From: Centroscyllium fabricii
Taxonomy: Eukaryota
Reading direction: 5' to 3'
DNA: 64,000 bases
NCBI GenBank assembly: GCA_051313645.2
Contig: JBNRSN020000009.1
Location: 216,814,001 to 216,878,000 of the forward strand
The stretch's first letter is position 1. The number at the start of each line of letters is the position of its first letter. This document shows positions 63,135 through 64,000 of the stretch, in pieces. The position numbers and the translations under genes were made by a program. The notes under the pieces are model-generated. The model searched no databases and had not been told where the DNA came from. It saw only the letters and a list, made by a program, of their open reading frames with translations.

Positions 63135-64000
63135 GCCACAGAAAAACTAAAGAATTGGAAACTTTTACTCAATATTATATGGATACATTGACACCACCGC
63201 CGTAACTACGGAACACAATCGCATAATGCACAAGTGTTATGCTTCCATGGACCATACTGTTGTTCCACGGGACTCTGTGAAAGGCAATCAAATTAGTACC
63301 AATTAGTGTCAAATTTGAGGTGCTGGTGTTCTACTGACTCACATGGCTGAACTTAACCAGCCCAGCACCAATTTCATTCCAGACTTGCCCCAGTACAGAG
63401 CAAAAGAGCCCATTAACGAGTGGACCCCAGAGTGAGAGGACACCCCTTTATCCAGCCTTTGTGAATCAAACCAATCTCCCAATGCAGAAAAGGACTTAAT
63501 TGATAAGCAAATGTTTTCAAAATGGTTGCTGCTACAGCCAGCACCTTGCTAAATCACTTTGCCCACCTCTGAGCAGGGGGAGAAGTGATTGTTTTGTGCT
63601 ACAATGTCACGCCATGTACTTTCTGAACACGATTGCGGCAAAGCCTGGCCTCAAAGTGGTGTGATCTACACATGATATATCTTACAAATTAGCTTTTAGT
63701 AACATAATACAATACAGCCACCAGAGCTCCTACTCAGTTATTAAAATGTGGACGTCTGGAATGTTCTTTGTAGACACACTGGCCGTGGGTTGATGTGTCC
63801 AGGCCAGTGCTACTTGTGAAATGCAGGAACTGGAGATGGAAACTCAGACCCTGATAAGGGCGATGCTCTGACACAATTGCGATGGTCCCCCAACTAGGAA
63901 ATGAAGCAAATCAGACTGTACACAACTAATCTCATTACAACATAAATCAATTTAACACAGCCGTGAACAACTCCAAGTCCCCAACCTATTCCAGTTGTGC

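Noticed and set aside
30018-64000. CDON promoter or non-coding exon 1
   Set aside because: The CpG-rich patches seen belong to mobile elements; no supportable host CpG island

Overview
Eukaryotic, repeat-rich vertebrate DNA, most likely a cartilaginous fish (HE1-type V-SINEs with CR1/HER1 tails, SacSINE1-like DeuSINEs, Penelope, L2, CR1 and Rex1 fragments). The only host gene is CDON (Hedgehog co-receptor) on the minus strand. Seven coding exons (signal peptide and Ig1-Ig5; 29955 down to 13905; 1555 nt) splice in frame with GT-AG sites. The FNIII/TM exons were not found and probably lie left of the window. A large upstream intron appears to fill 30018-64000, with no first exon identified. Most notable: (1) a young, defective Mag-like Ty3/Gypsy element (4600-9383) that lacks a tRNA-type PBS but has a 14-nt self-complementary PBS, has a YLDN RT motif, and is flanked by a ~540-bp duplication instead of a 4-6 bp TSD; (2) a Cys-to-Phe change in CDON Ig3; (3) a Rex1 fragment amplified as part of a 36-bp minisatellite; (4) a 121-bp insertion carrying a minimal hammerhead ribozyme with a 15-bp TSD; (5) several multi-level nested insertions. 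All family assignments come from recalled consensus features, not from database searches.
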